Positions 36,771 through 46,937 of a stretch of DNA of 64,000 bases are shown here, piece after piece (position 1 is the stretch's first letter; every line of letters begins with the position of its first letter). Made by a program: the position numbers and the translations under genes. The notes beneath the pieces were generated by a model. That model was not told the origin of the DNA. It ran no database searches and saw only the letters and a list, made by a program, of their open reading frames with translations. The DNA comes from Spirochaetes bacterium ADurb.Bin133 (lineage in GTDB: Bacteria > Spirochaetota > GWE2-31-10 > MWDO01), in contig MWDO01000004.1 in the NCBI GenBank assembly GCA_002070605.1, positions 8,184 to 72,183 of the forward strand, read 5' to 3'.

Positions 36771-38096
36771 ATGAAAGTATTAATGTTAGCTTTAAACAGA
36801 GAAAAATTCCCGGATCCGGTTTTTCCGTTGGGGGCAAGTTATATAGCGGGAGCTTTGTCTAAAGCCGGGCATATTGTCGACGTTTTCGACGCCTGTTTTC
36901 TGGAAAATCCTCAAATCGAACTTGAGAACTTTCTTAAAGGAAAGAGTTACGATTCGATCGGAGTATCGATTCGAAACGTGGATAACAACAGTTTTCCGAT
37001 AGCAGAAAACTACCTTAACTATTATAAAAGCATGGTCGATATATGCAGAAAATATTCGAAAGCGCCTATTACTCTCGGCGGATCGGGTTTTTCAATATTT
37101 CCCGAACTCTATATGAAAGAACTCGGAGCCGACTACGGCATTAAAGGGGAGGGGGAGTACGCTTTTCTCGAACTTTTAAAAAAAATTGAGACCGGGGATC
37201 CTCCGACCGAAAAACTTTTTTATTCCGAGACTATAAAAGATATTAACTTTGATACGTTTCCCGATAGAAAAGGATTCGATATTGATAAATATTATAAGTA
37301 TTCCGGTTGTATTAATATTCAAACGAAAAGAGGATGCGCATACAATTGCTCTTACTGCACGTATCCCGTATTGGAAGGGAGATCCTATCGATTTCGCTCT
37401 GCAAAAAATGTTGTAGACGAGATCGAATTTTGGAACAAATCAAAAGGGATCGACTATATTTTTTTTGTAGATAACGTATTCAATCATCCTGAAAATTACG
37501 CGCTGGAAATTTGTAACGAAATAATCAGAAGAAAATTAAAAATCAAATGGACGGGATTCTTCACGCCGACGTTGTCCGATAATGAATTTATCGGCAAATG
37601 TTTGGAGTCGGGATTAACCAGCGCTGATTTTGGAACCGACGCCTTTTCGCCTGAAACTCTCAAAGGGTATAACAAATCGTTTACGGTTGAAGATATATTT
37701 AGAAGTTGCGAGATATGCAAAGAGAGAGGTATAAAATTTAATCATAGTTTGATATTCGGCGGACCAAACGAAACTATGGATACCTTAAAAGAGACTCTGG
37801 CAAACGTCGAACTAACCGCCCCAACTTCCGTTATAGGATTTATCGGAGTTAGATTATACGCCGGCACTCAGATTGCGGAGACGTTTAAAGACTTGGATAT
37901 AGGCATAACGCCGGTATTTTACATATCCGAAGCGGTTAGAGACGAGATATTGGATTATTTAGCGGAATATGTTAAAGACAAACGAAACTGGATTATTCCC
38001 GGACTGGAAAAGGGGACAAATTTAAGTTTAATAAACCGCATACGAAACAAAGGGGTTAAAGGACCTCTTTGGGAATTGCTTGTTAATTTAAAATAA
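36771..38096 (+). CDS. B12-binding-domain radical SAM protein
   Basis: N-terminal cobalamin-binding-like fold (VLMLALNREKFPDPVFPLGASYIAGAL) and radical-SAM cluster motif CAYNCSYC. Confidence 0.85.
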   Translation: MKVLMLALNREKFPDPVFPLGASYIAGALSKAGHIVDVFDACFLENPQIELENFLKGKSYDSIGVSIRNVDNNSFPIAENYLNYYKSMVDICRKYSKAPITLGGSGFSIFPELYMKELGADYGIKGEGEYAFLELLKKIETGDPPTEKLFYSETIKDINFDTFPDRKGFDIDKYYKYSGCINIQTKRGCAYNCSYCTYPVLEGRSYRFRSAKNVVDEIEFWNKSKGIDYIFFVDNVFNHPENYALEICNEIIRRKLKIKWTGFFTPTLSDNEFIGKCLESGLTSADFGTDAFSPETLKGYNKSFTVEDIFRSCEICKERGIKFNHSLIFGGPNETMDTLKETLANVELTAPTSVIGFIGVRLYAGTQIAETFKDLDIGITPVFYISEAVRDEILDYLAEYVKDKRNWIIPGLEKGTNLSLINRIRNKGVKGPLWELLVNLK

Positions 38097-38152
38097 ATAT
38101 GTTTATACAGATTTTTCTTTAATTATATCAAAAAAAAGCGTATAAATATAGT

Positions 38153-39277
38153 ATGAACTGTCAAGATATAGGCGATTTTATTTTATCCCGCAATAATATT
38201 TTTTATGCGATAATAAAAGATGATTTTAGTTTAGTTTTTCCGGATAATTCTCTGTTATCGTATCTAGGCGTCGATATTCCGCAAGATTCTTCAAGTCTCG
38301 AAAACGTTTTTCCTGAATTATTCGGAATGGACGAAGAAATTCAGGATATTTTAAACGGCAACAACGGCGAAATAACCATTCCTTTAATAAACAGAAAGCT
38401 GCCGGATAAAACAATATTTTTTGATTTAAGCGTTTTAAATAATCCCGCCGATCGCAAAACGGCTCTTTTGGTCGTTAAAGATACGACGCTTATCGGAGAG
38501 GATATTCAAAAACTCCAACAAAGCAGAAACGACGTCGATCTACTGCAGAAACAAATTAATAAAATTAACGAAGAACTAAAAGAATCAAACGCGACTAAGG
38601 ATAAATTCTTTTCGATAATCGCTCACGATTTGCGCTCGCCGATAAGTTCCTGTATCAGCTATTTAGACTTGCTAAACCATCATAAAGAGTTTTCAGAGCA
38701 ACAAAAAAACAACGTCTATCTCAATTTAAATAAATATCTGAAAAACACCTTAAGTTTGCTTGAAAATTTACTTTTGTGGGCTAGAAGTCAAAAGGAACTT
38801 TTAAATTTTGAGATATCCGACTTTGATCTGTATGGAATAGCGTTAGAAAACGTCGAAATTTTTCAAAACAACTTAAATCAAAAAAACATTCAAATCTCAA
38901 ACAACATACCCGAAGGAGTTATTGTTAACGTCGATTATGAAATGTTTAACACCATAGTAAGAAACATTTTATCAAACGCGATTAAGTTTACAAAATCGGG
39001 CGGTAAAATTATAATAGATTACTCGTCTAACGATGAATTTCACAATTTGATAATTATCGATAACGGAATAGGTATGGAACAAGCTAAAATAGACAATCTT
39101 TTTAAGATCGATAAAGTCTCTTCGACTCCGGGAACCAACGGGGAAATGGGAAGCGGACTTGGATTAACGTTGTGTCATGAATTTATAAAGAAGCATAATG
39201 GGAACATATCTGTAGAAAGCGAACTAAACGTCGGAACAAAATTTATTATTTCAATACCAAAAGGAAAGTCTGTATGA
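38153..39277 (+). CDS. Cytoplasmic sensor histidine kinase (HisKA + HATPase_c); no adjacent response regulator
   Basis: H-box FSIIAHDLRSPIS, N-box NAIKFT and G-boxes DNGIGM and GSGLGL. Confidence 0.85.
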   Translation: MNCQDIGDFILSRNNIFYAIIKDDFSLVFPDNSLLSYLGVDIPQDSSSLENVFPELFGMDEEIQDILNGNNGEITIPLINRKLPDKTIFFDLSVLNNPADRKTALLVVKDTTLIGEDIQKLQQSRNDVDLLQKQINKINEELKESNATKDKFFSIIAHDLRSPISSCISYLDLLNHHKEFSEQQKNNVYLNLNKYLKNTLSLLENLLLWARSQKELLNFEISDFDLYGIALENVEIFQNNLNQKNIQISNNIPEGVIVNVDYEMFNTIVRNILSNAIKFTKSGGKIIIDYSSNDEFHNLIIIDNGIGMEQAKIDNLFKIDKVSSTPGTNGEMGSGLGLTLCHEFIKKHNGNISVESELNVGTKFIISIPKGKSV

Positions 39278-39600
39278 AATTATCAATAAATCAAAAACAA
39301 AGATTAACTTCGATAATGTTGCAATATGCGATTATTTTCGGATACGGTCTTTTCGAGGAAAATATGGAAATTCTTATAGAATCTAACAGATTAATAGACG
39401 TAATAAACGACTCCCACCCTAACGACGACGAAGTGTCAAAATTGTTATCAATCGTTAGGCAAAGACAGCTTCTGTTTGGGAGCGGTATAGTTTCGACGGA
39501 CTCCTACGTCCACAAAGAGTGCGAACAACTAATTAGAGCGCTTAAAAATTTAAATAAACCAAAGCTTTATATCGGCGACTTAAAATACAAAAGACGTTAG
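39274..39600 (+). CDS. Hypothetical protein, start overlapping the HK stop (ATGA)
   Basis: A 108-codon ORF translationally coupled to the kinase gene. Confidence 0.35.
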   Translation: MKLSINQKQRLTSIMLQYAIIFGYGLFEENMEILIESNRLIDVINDSHPNDDEVSKLLSIVRQRQLLFGSGIVSTDSYVHKECEQLIRALKNLNKPKLYIGDLKYKRR

Positions 39601-39603
39601 AGA

Positions 39604-39732
39604 GCCCGCCGGTTTTTTTGGGGGAGGAGAAATTGACGCATATGCGACGGCGTCGATAACGCGCGACAATTGTTGCATAAAAATTCGACGCATATGTGTC
39701 AATTGTTTTTTTATCCCCAAAAAACCGACGGC
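39604..39732. mobile_element. MITE-like element with inverted-repeat ends and two palindrome units
   Basis: GCCCGCCGGTTTTTTTGGGGG ... TCCCCAAAAAACCGACGGC, with TTGACGCATATGCGAC and TTCGACGCATATGTGTCAA inside. Confidence 0.65.
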
Positions 39733-39756
39733 TTACGGCGCTAAATTAAAATATTC

Positions 39757-39787
39757 TTGACAAAAATATTTTAATTTGTAGTATAAT
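39757..39787 (+). promoter_or_regulatory. Sigma-70-like promoter (TTGACA-N19-TATAAT) for the OmpA-like gene, directly abutting the MITE-like element
   Basis: TTGACA at 39757 and TATAAT at 39782. The 19-nt spacer is longer than optimal. Confidence 0.35.
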
Positions 39788-39867
39788 ACGTTTTAACGGA
39801 GAATATATGAATAACATTTCATTTGATTTATCGTTAGGGATCAAATTATAATTAAATCGAGCGAATT

Positions 39868-41403
39868 ATGGATGATAAAAAACAGTATTTATCTTACGAA
39901 CCGTTAGACTCAAAACTTGAAAACTTGGAAAATTTAGAACTCACTCAATTAAAAAAACTTCAACGGGCGTTAAAGTATGAAAGTTTAAATGCGGAAATTG
40001 TCAGCGAAGTTTTACCTCAATCAATCTCGATGAGAAATCAAGTTGATTCTATGCTTCCCATATCTTTAGTAGATTCGACGGAGGAAGCGATAAAGTATTC
40101 GGTAAAAAACGATTCTGAAGTTTTAAGTTCCGCGCTCTCTCCGATACTTGGACCTATGATTACAAAGTCGGTTTCGACTCTATTTAAAGAGTTTTTAGAA
40201 TCTATAAATAATAAAATAGAAAAGAGCGTATCTTTTCAAGGACTGAGGTGGAGACTCGAAGCTAAAAAAACCGGCAAGAGTTACGCCGAGATCTTATTTA
40301 TGCATACGCTCCTTTATCGCGTAGAACATATTTTTTTAATTCACAAAAAAACCGGATTGCTGATCAATGAGGTCAAATCTATCGAATCGACTATCGTCGA
40401 CTCCGACTTGGTAACGTCGATGCTGGTCGCTATTAAAGATTTTGTTAAGGAATCTCTAAGAATTTCTAAAGAAAAAGACGTCGACGCGCTTGAAGTCGGA
40501 GAATACAATATATGGCTGGAATCGACGTCCGAGTTAACGCTTGCTTGCGTAATAAAAGGAATTCCTAATGTTGAATTACGAAAAAAAATGAGAGAAACAA
40601 TTTCGATAATTCGTTATAAATACGATACTGAACTGGAAAAGTTTGAAGGAAATATGGAGCCTTTCAAAACTTCTTCGATCTATCTGGAAGCCTGCTTATT
40701 ATCTGAAAATAAAACTTTGAAAAAAAAGAAATTCCCGATATTTGCCGTTGTTTTTATTTTAATTATTTTGTCGATATGCGGTTTCTTGGCGTCGATTCCT
40801 ATAGCGCGTAACGTAAGATTTCGCAAGTTTGTTAACGCTCTCGACGCGCTGGACGGAACCAGAGTAACCAGAATTGTTAATAAAAATTTTAAGAAGCATA
40901 TTTATGGAATCAGAGTTACTCAATCTGAAGACCTTGAAGAACTTCAGAAAAAATATTTATTAGACGGTTCAAAAATAGTATATCATTGGGAATCGTTAAC
41001 CGGTACGGATAATACGGAAATTGAAAAAATTAAAGAGAGTATCGAGACTCTATACGTCAACTTCAGCGCGAATTCTGAAGAGTTAAATCCCGATCAAATA
41101 AAAGCGCTGAACAATATGATTGTGGATTTTAAGAAGCTTAAAAAACTTGCCGTAAATCAAAAAAAGAAATTTAAAATAAACGTTGAAGCGCGATCGATGA
41201 GTATAGGGAATGCAAATTTGGAACTACTTACAAGCGAAAGGAGAGCAAATACCGTTGTGAATTTCTTATTATCAAACGGATTTTTACGGGAAGACTGCGA
41301 GATTTTTGCCCTCGGTTCCTCCAAACCAATCTCAACCGGCAATATAGAGAAAGACTCTATACTAAACAGAAGCGTAATATTCAGCGTTATTATGGAAGAT
41401 TAA
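39868..41403 (+). CDS. OmpA/MotB-domain protein with a central transmembrane helix
   Basis: C-terminal OmpA-like peptidoglycan-binding motif (LSNGFL.. / TSERRANTVVNFL). Transmembrane segment FPIFAVVFILIILSICGFLASI. Confidence 0.55.
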   Translation: MDDKKQYLSYEPLDSKLENLENLELTQLKKLQRALKYESLNAEIVSEVLPQSISMRNQVDSMLPISLVDSTEEAIKYSVKNDSEVLSSALSPILGPMITKSVSTLFKEFLESINNKIEKSVSFQGLRWRLEAKKTGKSYAEILFMHTLLYRVEHIFLIHKKTGLLINEVKSIESTIVDSDLVTSMLVAIKDFVKESLRISKEKDVDALEVGEYNIWLESTSELTLACVIKGIPNVELRKKMRETISIIRYKYDTELEKFEGNMEPFKTSSIYLEACLLSENKTLKKKKFPIFAVVFILIILSICGFLASIPIARNVRFRKFVNALDALDGTRVTRIVNKNFKKHIYGIRVTQSEDLEELQKKYLLDGSKIVYHWESLTGTDNTEIEKIKESIETLYVNFSANSEELNPDQIKALNNMIVDFKKLKKLAVNQKKKFKINVEARSMSIGNANLELLTSERRANTVVNFLLSNGFLREDCEIFALGSSKPISTGNIEKDSILNRSVIFSVIMED

Positions 41404-41410
41404 TTATAGA

Positions 41411-42781
41411 TTAAATATCCGCTCTTTTTTGAATATATTTGATAGGCTTGACGTAATGAAGAGCGAACCTCAAATAATTTGCTACTCCTCTCCACAATTC
41501 GTCTAAAAATATTCCTATTAAAAGACCGGCTATTCCCAGATTAAATATAAACATAAAAATATAACAAAAAAATACAAGCAGTATAGTTCCGGGTATCTGG
41601 GTAATAAGCATCCACATAGTATCTCCTCTCCCTCTAATTGCGTTGCCGCCGACGACGTTTAGCGCCGTTGGAAAGGTAATAATCGCCATAATGTAAAGCA
41701 GTTTGTAGTATTGGTCAATAATGGTTTTATCGTTAGTAAATATCGACAAAATTTCCTTAGGAAACAGCGCAAATAAAAACGACGCTATGACGCAAATTAT
41801 TAATGCGTAAAATATCGACAAGTTGCCCGCTCTATACGCTTCGTTTTTGTCGTCGGCTCCGGTAGCCTTACCGACCAGATTTAGCGCCGCGATAGATATT
41901 CCCATATAAAGATTTACGGTAAGATTTAAAATTACGCCAAATATTCCGAACAATCCCGCGGCAAGCGAATCGTATCTGTTTAGTATGAAGACCAAAGCGT
42001 TTTGTCCCAAAACCCATAACATAAAGTCAAGTCCGACGGGTATTCCGAGTTTAAACGATTTTAAATATATGATAAAATTAGGTCTCATAATGCCCCTAAA
42101 CCGTAAAATAAAATCTTTTTTTATCAAAAAAACAAAAATCATAAGTATAACGTCGCCGACTAAGGAACTTATCAAAGTGGCTATTGCGGCTCCTTCTATC
42201 CCCAATTCCGGAAAACCAAGCTTCCCAAAAATTAAAACCCAATCTAAAAAAACATTTAACAAAGTTTTAATTATTGAACTAATCATAATCGGAGAAGTTA
42301 TCCCTTTTCCTTCCAATGTCGAATTTCCCCCTAAAACAAAGCCCAATACAAGAAAGCGAAAAGAAATAATTTTTACATAATTATAGGACATCTCAAGAAT
42401 ATCGTCTCTGGCGCCAAGCAAATGAATAATACTTTTACCGAAAATAAACCATATTATAAAATAACTGCATGAAATAATTTGATTAAAAACAAACGATACT
42501 TCGGCGTATCTTCTCGCTTCTTTAAAATTTTTAGCGCCTATAGATTGGGATATAAGAATCGTCGTTCCTTTTGAAGTGGCGAACATCAGCGACATAAATA
42601 TAGATAAGGGGTATATAGCGTTAGTAATAGCCGTTACCCCTCTTATATCGTAATGACCTATGAAAGCGGTATCCGTTAGATTTAACAGATATTCCACAAT
42701 CATTTGTATCGTTATGGGTATCGATATAACAAATATCTTTTTGCTTAATTCGGTATTTTTTTGTATTAATTTTCTTATCAT
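41411..42781 (-). CDS. MATE-family efflux transporter
   Basis: 12-transmembrane pattern and the N-terminus typical of MATE (KKIFVISIPITIQMIVEYLLNLTDTAFIGH). Confidence 0.85.
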   Translation of the reverse strand: MIRKLIQKNTELSKKIFVISIPITIQMIVEYLLNLTDTAFIGHYDIRGVTAITNAIYPLSIFMSLMFATSKGTTILISQSIGAKNFKEARRYAEVSFVFNQIISCSYFIIWFIFGKSIIHLLGARDDILEMSYNYVKIISFRFLVLGFVLGGNSTLEGKGITSPIMISSIIKTLLNVFLDWVLIFGKLGFPELGIEGAAIATLISSLVGDVILMIFVFLIKKDFILRFRGIMRPNFIIYLKSFKLGIPVGLDFMLWVLGQNALVFILNRYDSLAAGLFGIFGVILNLTVNLYMGISIAALNLVGKATGADDKNEAYRAGNLSIFYALIICVIASFLFALFPKEILSIFTNDKTIIDQYYKLLYIMAIITFPTALNVVGGNAIRGRGDTMWMLITQIPGTILLVFFCYIFMFIFNLGIAGLLIGIFLDELWRGVANYLRFALHYVKPIKYIQKRADI

Positions 42782-42910
42782 AAATTTATTTGTTCAGAAT
42801 TTAATAATTATTTTCTTTACGTACAGTAATATATAGAATTTATACAGATTTACTCAAATATTTATTTTATTCTTTACAAATTAATTATATATTGTTATAC
42901 AATTCAGGAT

Positions 42911-43825
42911 ATGGTTAGTTATTTAAAAATTGAAAACAATAAATTGGTAGAATCCAACTTAGAAGAGTCAAAGGTAATAATTTATAAAAAGCCGGACAGA
43001 GATGAGATGAACTATTTGGTCGGCGCTTACGGGATGGACGAGCATAACGTAATCTCTTCTATAGATCCGGACGAATTGGGAAGAATCGAGTTTGAAGAGG
43101 ATCATATTATGTTTTTGTTAAAAAGACCCAAGGACTACTCTAATGAAGACAATCTATTATTTAAAGTAACTTCCGTCGGCGTATTCATTTTTAAAGATAA
43201 AATGATAATTATTATGCCGGAAGATATTCAAATATTTGAGGGGAGGCAATCTTTCAAACTTAATTCTCTTTTGGACGTTTTATTAAAACTGCTGTTTGGC
43301 ACAATTTCTCATTTTCTCGGTCATTTAAAAGTAATTAATATGATATCGGATTCGTTGGAGCAAAAAATAAATACGTCGATGGAGAATAAATTTCTAATTA
43401 ATATGTTTACTCTTGAAAAGAGCTTGGTTTACTTCCTAAACGGTATTAATTCTAATTCGGTATTATTTGAAAAAATGAAAGCCGCCGCCGCAAGGATCGG
43501 ATTCACCCCCGACAATTTATCTCTACTGGACGATATAATAATCGAGAATACTCAGTGTTACAAACTGGCGGAAATCTACGCTAACGTCTTGTCGGGGATT
43601 ACCGCCGCAAGAGCCGCTATTGTGAGCAACAATCTTAACGTCCTTATGAAAACCTTAAATATTATAACTATTTCGATAATGGTGCCTACTTTTGTAGTCA
43701 GCGTTTTTTCTATGAACGTAGGCATTCCTATGCAAGACAAACCGTTTGCGTTTTGGGTCATTATGGGACTCTCCGCCGTATCGATTATTTTAACGTCCAT
43801 TTTTTGGAAATTAAAGAGATGGTGA
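42911..43825 (+). CDS. CorA-family divalent-cation transporter with a variant S-M-N loop
   Basis: Two C-terminal transmembrane helices with FSMNVG between them, in place of the canonical YGMN motif. Size about 300 aa. Confidence 0.6.
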   Translation: MVSYLKIENNKLVESNLEESKVIIYKKPDRDEMNYLVGAYGMDEHNVISSIDPDELGRIEFEEDHIMFLLKRPKDYSNEDNLLFKVTSVGVFIFKDKMIIIMPEDIQIFEGRQSFKLNSLLDVLLKLLFGTISHFLGHLKVINMISDSLEQKINTSMENKFLINMFTLEKSLVYFLNGINSNSVLFEKMKAAAARIGFTPDNLSLLDDIIIENTQCYKLAEIYANVLSGITAARAAIVSNNLNVLMKTLNIITISIMVPTFVVSVFSMNVGIPMQDKPFAFWVIMGLSAVSIILTSIFWKLKRW

Positions 43826-43979
43826 TTTTTAGCGTAAAATTTTACTTCAAACGGCGTTTGTTACTCTGAATTTATATCGGTTGTAGCGGGTTTTGCGTTT
43901 TTTGAACTAGCTATTTGCCGGTTTTTAAGATCAACGGTTTGCGCCGAATATAATCATATAATTTTAAAAAGGAGATTCT

Positions 43980-45650
43980 ATGAAAAGCGTAAAATATACG
44001 CCAAAATTAATTACGGTTTTTAAAGAGGGATACTCTTTTAAAACTTTTACAAAGGACTTATCCGCCGGAGTTATTGTCGGGATTGTGGCTCTCCCGTTAT
44101 CAATAGCTTTTGCTATCGCATCCGGAGTCAAACCGGAGCAGGGGTTATACACCGCGATTGTCGCCGGAATAGTTATATCCATACTCAGCGGCAGCCGCGT
44201 TCAGATAGGGGGACCTACCGGAGCTTTTATTGTAATGCTTTACGGTATTGTACAAAAATACGGCTACGACGGATTAGCCGTCGCCGGAATGATGGCCGGA
44301 ATACTTTTGGTCATAATGGGTATAGCGGGGCTGGGCTCCGTTATCAAGTTTATCCCGTATCCCGTAACGGTCGGATTTACGACGGGTATAGCTCTAATAA
44401 TATTTACGACTCAGATTAAAGACTTTTTAGGATTGCAAATAGACAAAGTTCCGGCGGAATTTATTAATAAAATTATAGCATATTCGCAAAATATACTTAC
44501 CGTCAATCCTTACGCTCTATTAATTGGAGGGGTATCTATCGTTATTATGATATTGTGGAAAAAAGTTTCTCTCAAAATTCCCGGTTCTCTAATTGCGATT
44601 ATCGTATCCACCCTGATAGTTTTGATATTCAAACTACCGGTCGATACGATCGGAAGTAAATTTGGATCCGTTCCAAATATGCTGCCTCTACCCAAGTTTC
44701 CTCATATAGACTTTAAAGTACTGCCGGAACTTTTTCAACCGGCTCTATCGATCGCGCTTCTAGCGGGTATAGAGAGTCTTCTCTCCGCGGTAGTCGCCGA
44801 CGGTATGACCGGCGGGAAACATAGATCGAATATGGAGCTAATCGCTCAAGGGGCGGGAAATATAGTATCTCCGTTATTCTGCGGAATCCCCGCGACCGGA
44901 GCGATTGCCCGAACGGCGACAAATATTAAAAACGGGGGAACGACTCCGATAGCCGGCATTATACACTGCGTTACTTTATTATTAATTATGCTTTTTTTCG
45001 GCAAACTGGCGGCTCTGATTCCTATGCCCGCGTTATCGGCAATTTTAATTATGGTTGCATATAATATGAGCGAAATTCATATTTTTGTTAAGATTTTTAA
45101 AAGCACAAAGAGCGACGTTATTGTTCTTTTAGTAACATTTTTATTGACGGTAATTTTAGATTTAACGGTGGCGATACAAGTCGGAGTCGTTCTTGCTTCT
45201 CTACTTTTTATGTATAGAATGTCAAACGTATCTCAAGTCGGAAAGATGATTGTCGACGACGAAAACGAAACGGACGCAAATTCAATTAAAAATAAAAACG
45301 TTCCCGCCGGCGTAGAAGTCTATGAAATATACGGTTCATTCTTCTTTGGGGCGGCTGAAAAATTTAAGGACCAAATAAAATCCATAGAAAAAAAGCCAAA
45401 GATCTTAATACTTAGAATGAGGAACGTTTTAATGATAGACGCGACCGGTTTGACGGCTCTTGAAACGATTATCGTAGATAGTCAGAAACAGGGGATCAAA
45501 GTTGTTCTTTCCGGAGTTAGAACTCAGATGTTTTTAGTTTTACAAAAATCCGGTTTGGTTAAAAAACTTGGCGAAGAAAATGTAGCGGCAAACATAGACC
45601 TAGCTTTAGCCAGAGCTAATGAAATATTATCTGAAGAAGCTGAAATTTAA
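43980..45650 (+). CDS. SulP-family anion transporter with C-terminal STAS domain
   Basis: Sulfate-permease signature region and a STAS domain at the C-terminus. 556 aa. Confidence 0.9.
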   Translation: MKSVKYTPKLITVFKEGYSFKTFTKDLSAGVIVGIVALPLSIAFAIASGVKPEQGLYTAIVAGIVISILSGSRVQIGGPTGAFIVMLYGIVQKYGYDGLAVAGMMAGILLVIMGIAGLGSVIKFIPYPVTVGFTTGIALIIFTTQIKDFLGLQIDKVPAEFINKIIAYSQNILTVNPYALLIGGVSIVIMILWKKVSLKIPGSLIAIIVSTLIVLIFKLPVDTIGSKFGSVPNMLPLPKFPHIDFKVLPELFQPALSIALLAGIESLLSAVVADGMTGGKHRSNMELIAQGAGNIVSPLFCGIPATGAIARTATNIKNGGTTPIAGIIHCVTLLLIMLFFGKLAALIPMPALSAILIMVAYNMSEIHIFVKIFKSTKSDVIVLLVTFLLTVILDLTVAIQVGVVLASLLFMYRMSNVSQVGKMIVDDENETDANSIKNKNVPAGVEVYEIYGSFFFGAAEKFKDQIKSIEKKPKILILRMRNVLMIDATGLTALETIIVDSQKQGIKVVLSGVRTQMFLVLQKSGLVKKLGEENVAANIDLALARANEILSEEAEI

Positions 45651-45661
45651 TAAGAGATACG

Positions 45662-46000
45662 ATGAAGATTGTTATACCTATTATACTGCTATTAATTTCA
45701 AACGTTTTTATGACCTTTGCCTGGTACGGTCATCTAAAATTTAAAAACAAACCGCTACTGATAGTTATCGTAGTAAGCTGGCTTATCGCGTTTCTTGAAT
45801 ACTGCTTTCAAGTCCCGGCAAATAGAATAGGACACGGGCAATTTAGCGCGGCGCAATTAAAAACCATACAGGAGATTATAACTCTTTCGGTTTTTTCCGT
45901 ATTTTCTGTTCTCTACCTTGGAGAGGAGATAAAATGGAATTATATCGTAGGTTTTATTTTGATTGTAGCCGCCGCATTTTTTATCTTCAAAAAGTGGTAA
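45662..46000 (+). CDS. Small DMT-superfamily-like membrane protein (DUF486-like)
   Basis: 112 aa with four predicted transmembrane segments. Confidence 0.5.
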   Translation: MKIVIPIILLLISNVFMTFAWYGHLKFKNKPLLIVIVVSWLIAFLEYCFQVPANRIGHGQFSAAQLKTIQEIITLSVFSVFSVLYLGEEIKWNYIVGFILIVAAAFFIFKKW

Positions 46001-46024
46001 ATAATTAGCAAATAATATTTTTTC

Positions 46025-46051
46025 TAAATCAAAATTCCAAAATTCCGATAA
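46025..46051 (+). promoter_or_regulatory. Sigma-28 (FliA)-type promoter upstream of flgG
   Basis: TAAA-N15-tCCGATAA matches the flagellar sigma-28 consensus TAAA-N15-GCCGATAA. It lies 27 nt upstream of the flgG ATG, with a GCGAGG RBS in between. Confidence 0.45.
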
Positions 46052-46077
46052 TAATTATATAGCAAAGCGAGGTAATT

Positions 46078-46929
46078 ATGTTAAGAGGAATTTATACGGC
46101 GGCTTCAGGTATGGCGGCGATGGAAAAAAAATTAGACATTATATCTAATAATCTGGCGAACGTAGATTTAGTGGGATTTAAGCAGGATATGGCTATTATG
46201 AAAGCTAACCCGGATATGCAAATAAGGCGTCTCGACGACGACGGAAAATTGTCGTTTCCTTTGGGCAGTTACGACGAAGCTCCTTTTGTCGGGAAACTCG
46301 GAACCGGAGTCGAGCTTAACGAGTCGTACACTATTTTTAATCAAGGTTCGCTTAAAGAGACCGGCAACGATTTCGATCTGGCGCTGGACGGAAAAGGATT
46401 TATAGCGATAGAAACTGAAAAAGGGGAGAGATATACCAGAAACGGAGCTTTTACTATCGACAAAGAGGGATACTTAGTTACAAAAGACGGATTGAAAGTT
46501 TTAACGGAAACCGGTCCGATAAAAATAAAGAGCAATAATTTCGTTATAGATAAAGAGGGGAATATATATCAAAATAACGAGTTTGCGCAGGATGAGAATC
46601 GTTTGGTTTTAAAAGAAGAAAACGAGTGGAAAGCGACCGAGTTTATCGGAAGATTAAAAATTGTCAGATTCCCTAGAGAACGCGAGTTGAGAAGAGAGGG
46701 AAACTCGTTTTTCTACGAGGATCAATTTACCGGAGAACCGTTTATAGCGGAAGGGAATCTGCGCCCGAACGTTTTACAAAACTTCGTCGAGGCGGCGAAC
46801 GTTAATCCCGTTACGGAAATGACAATGATGATAGAAGTTCAAAGGTCTTACGAAGCGAATCAAAAATCTATACAATCCCACGACCAACTTCTCGGAAAAT
46901 TAATTAATGAAGCGGGAATAGTTAGATAA
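46078..46929 (+). CDS. flgG: Flagellar basal-body rod protein FlgG/FlgF
   Basis: N-terminal rod motif MLRGIYTAASGMAAMEKKLDIISNNLANV and the conserved C-terminal rod domain. Confidence 0.85.
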   Translation: MLRGIYTAASGMAAMEKKLDIISNNLANVDLVGFKQDMAIMKANPDMQIRRLDDDGKLSFPLGSYDEAPFVGKLGTGVELNESYTIFNQGSLKETGNDFDLALDGKGFIAIETEKGERYTRNGAFTIDKEGYLVTKDGLKVLTETGPIKIKSNNFVIDKEGNIYQNNEFAQDENRLVLKEENEWKATEFIGRLKIVRFPRERELRREGNSFFYEDQFTGEPFIAEGNLRPNVLQNFVEAANVNPVTEMTMMIEVQRSYEANQKSIQSHDQLLGKLINEAGIVR

Positions 46930-46937
46930 TCTTAAAC

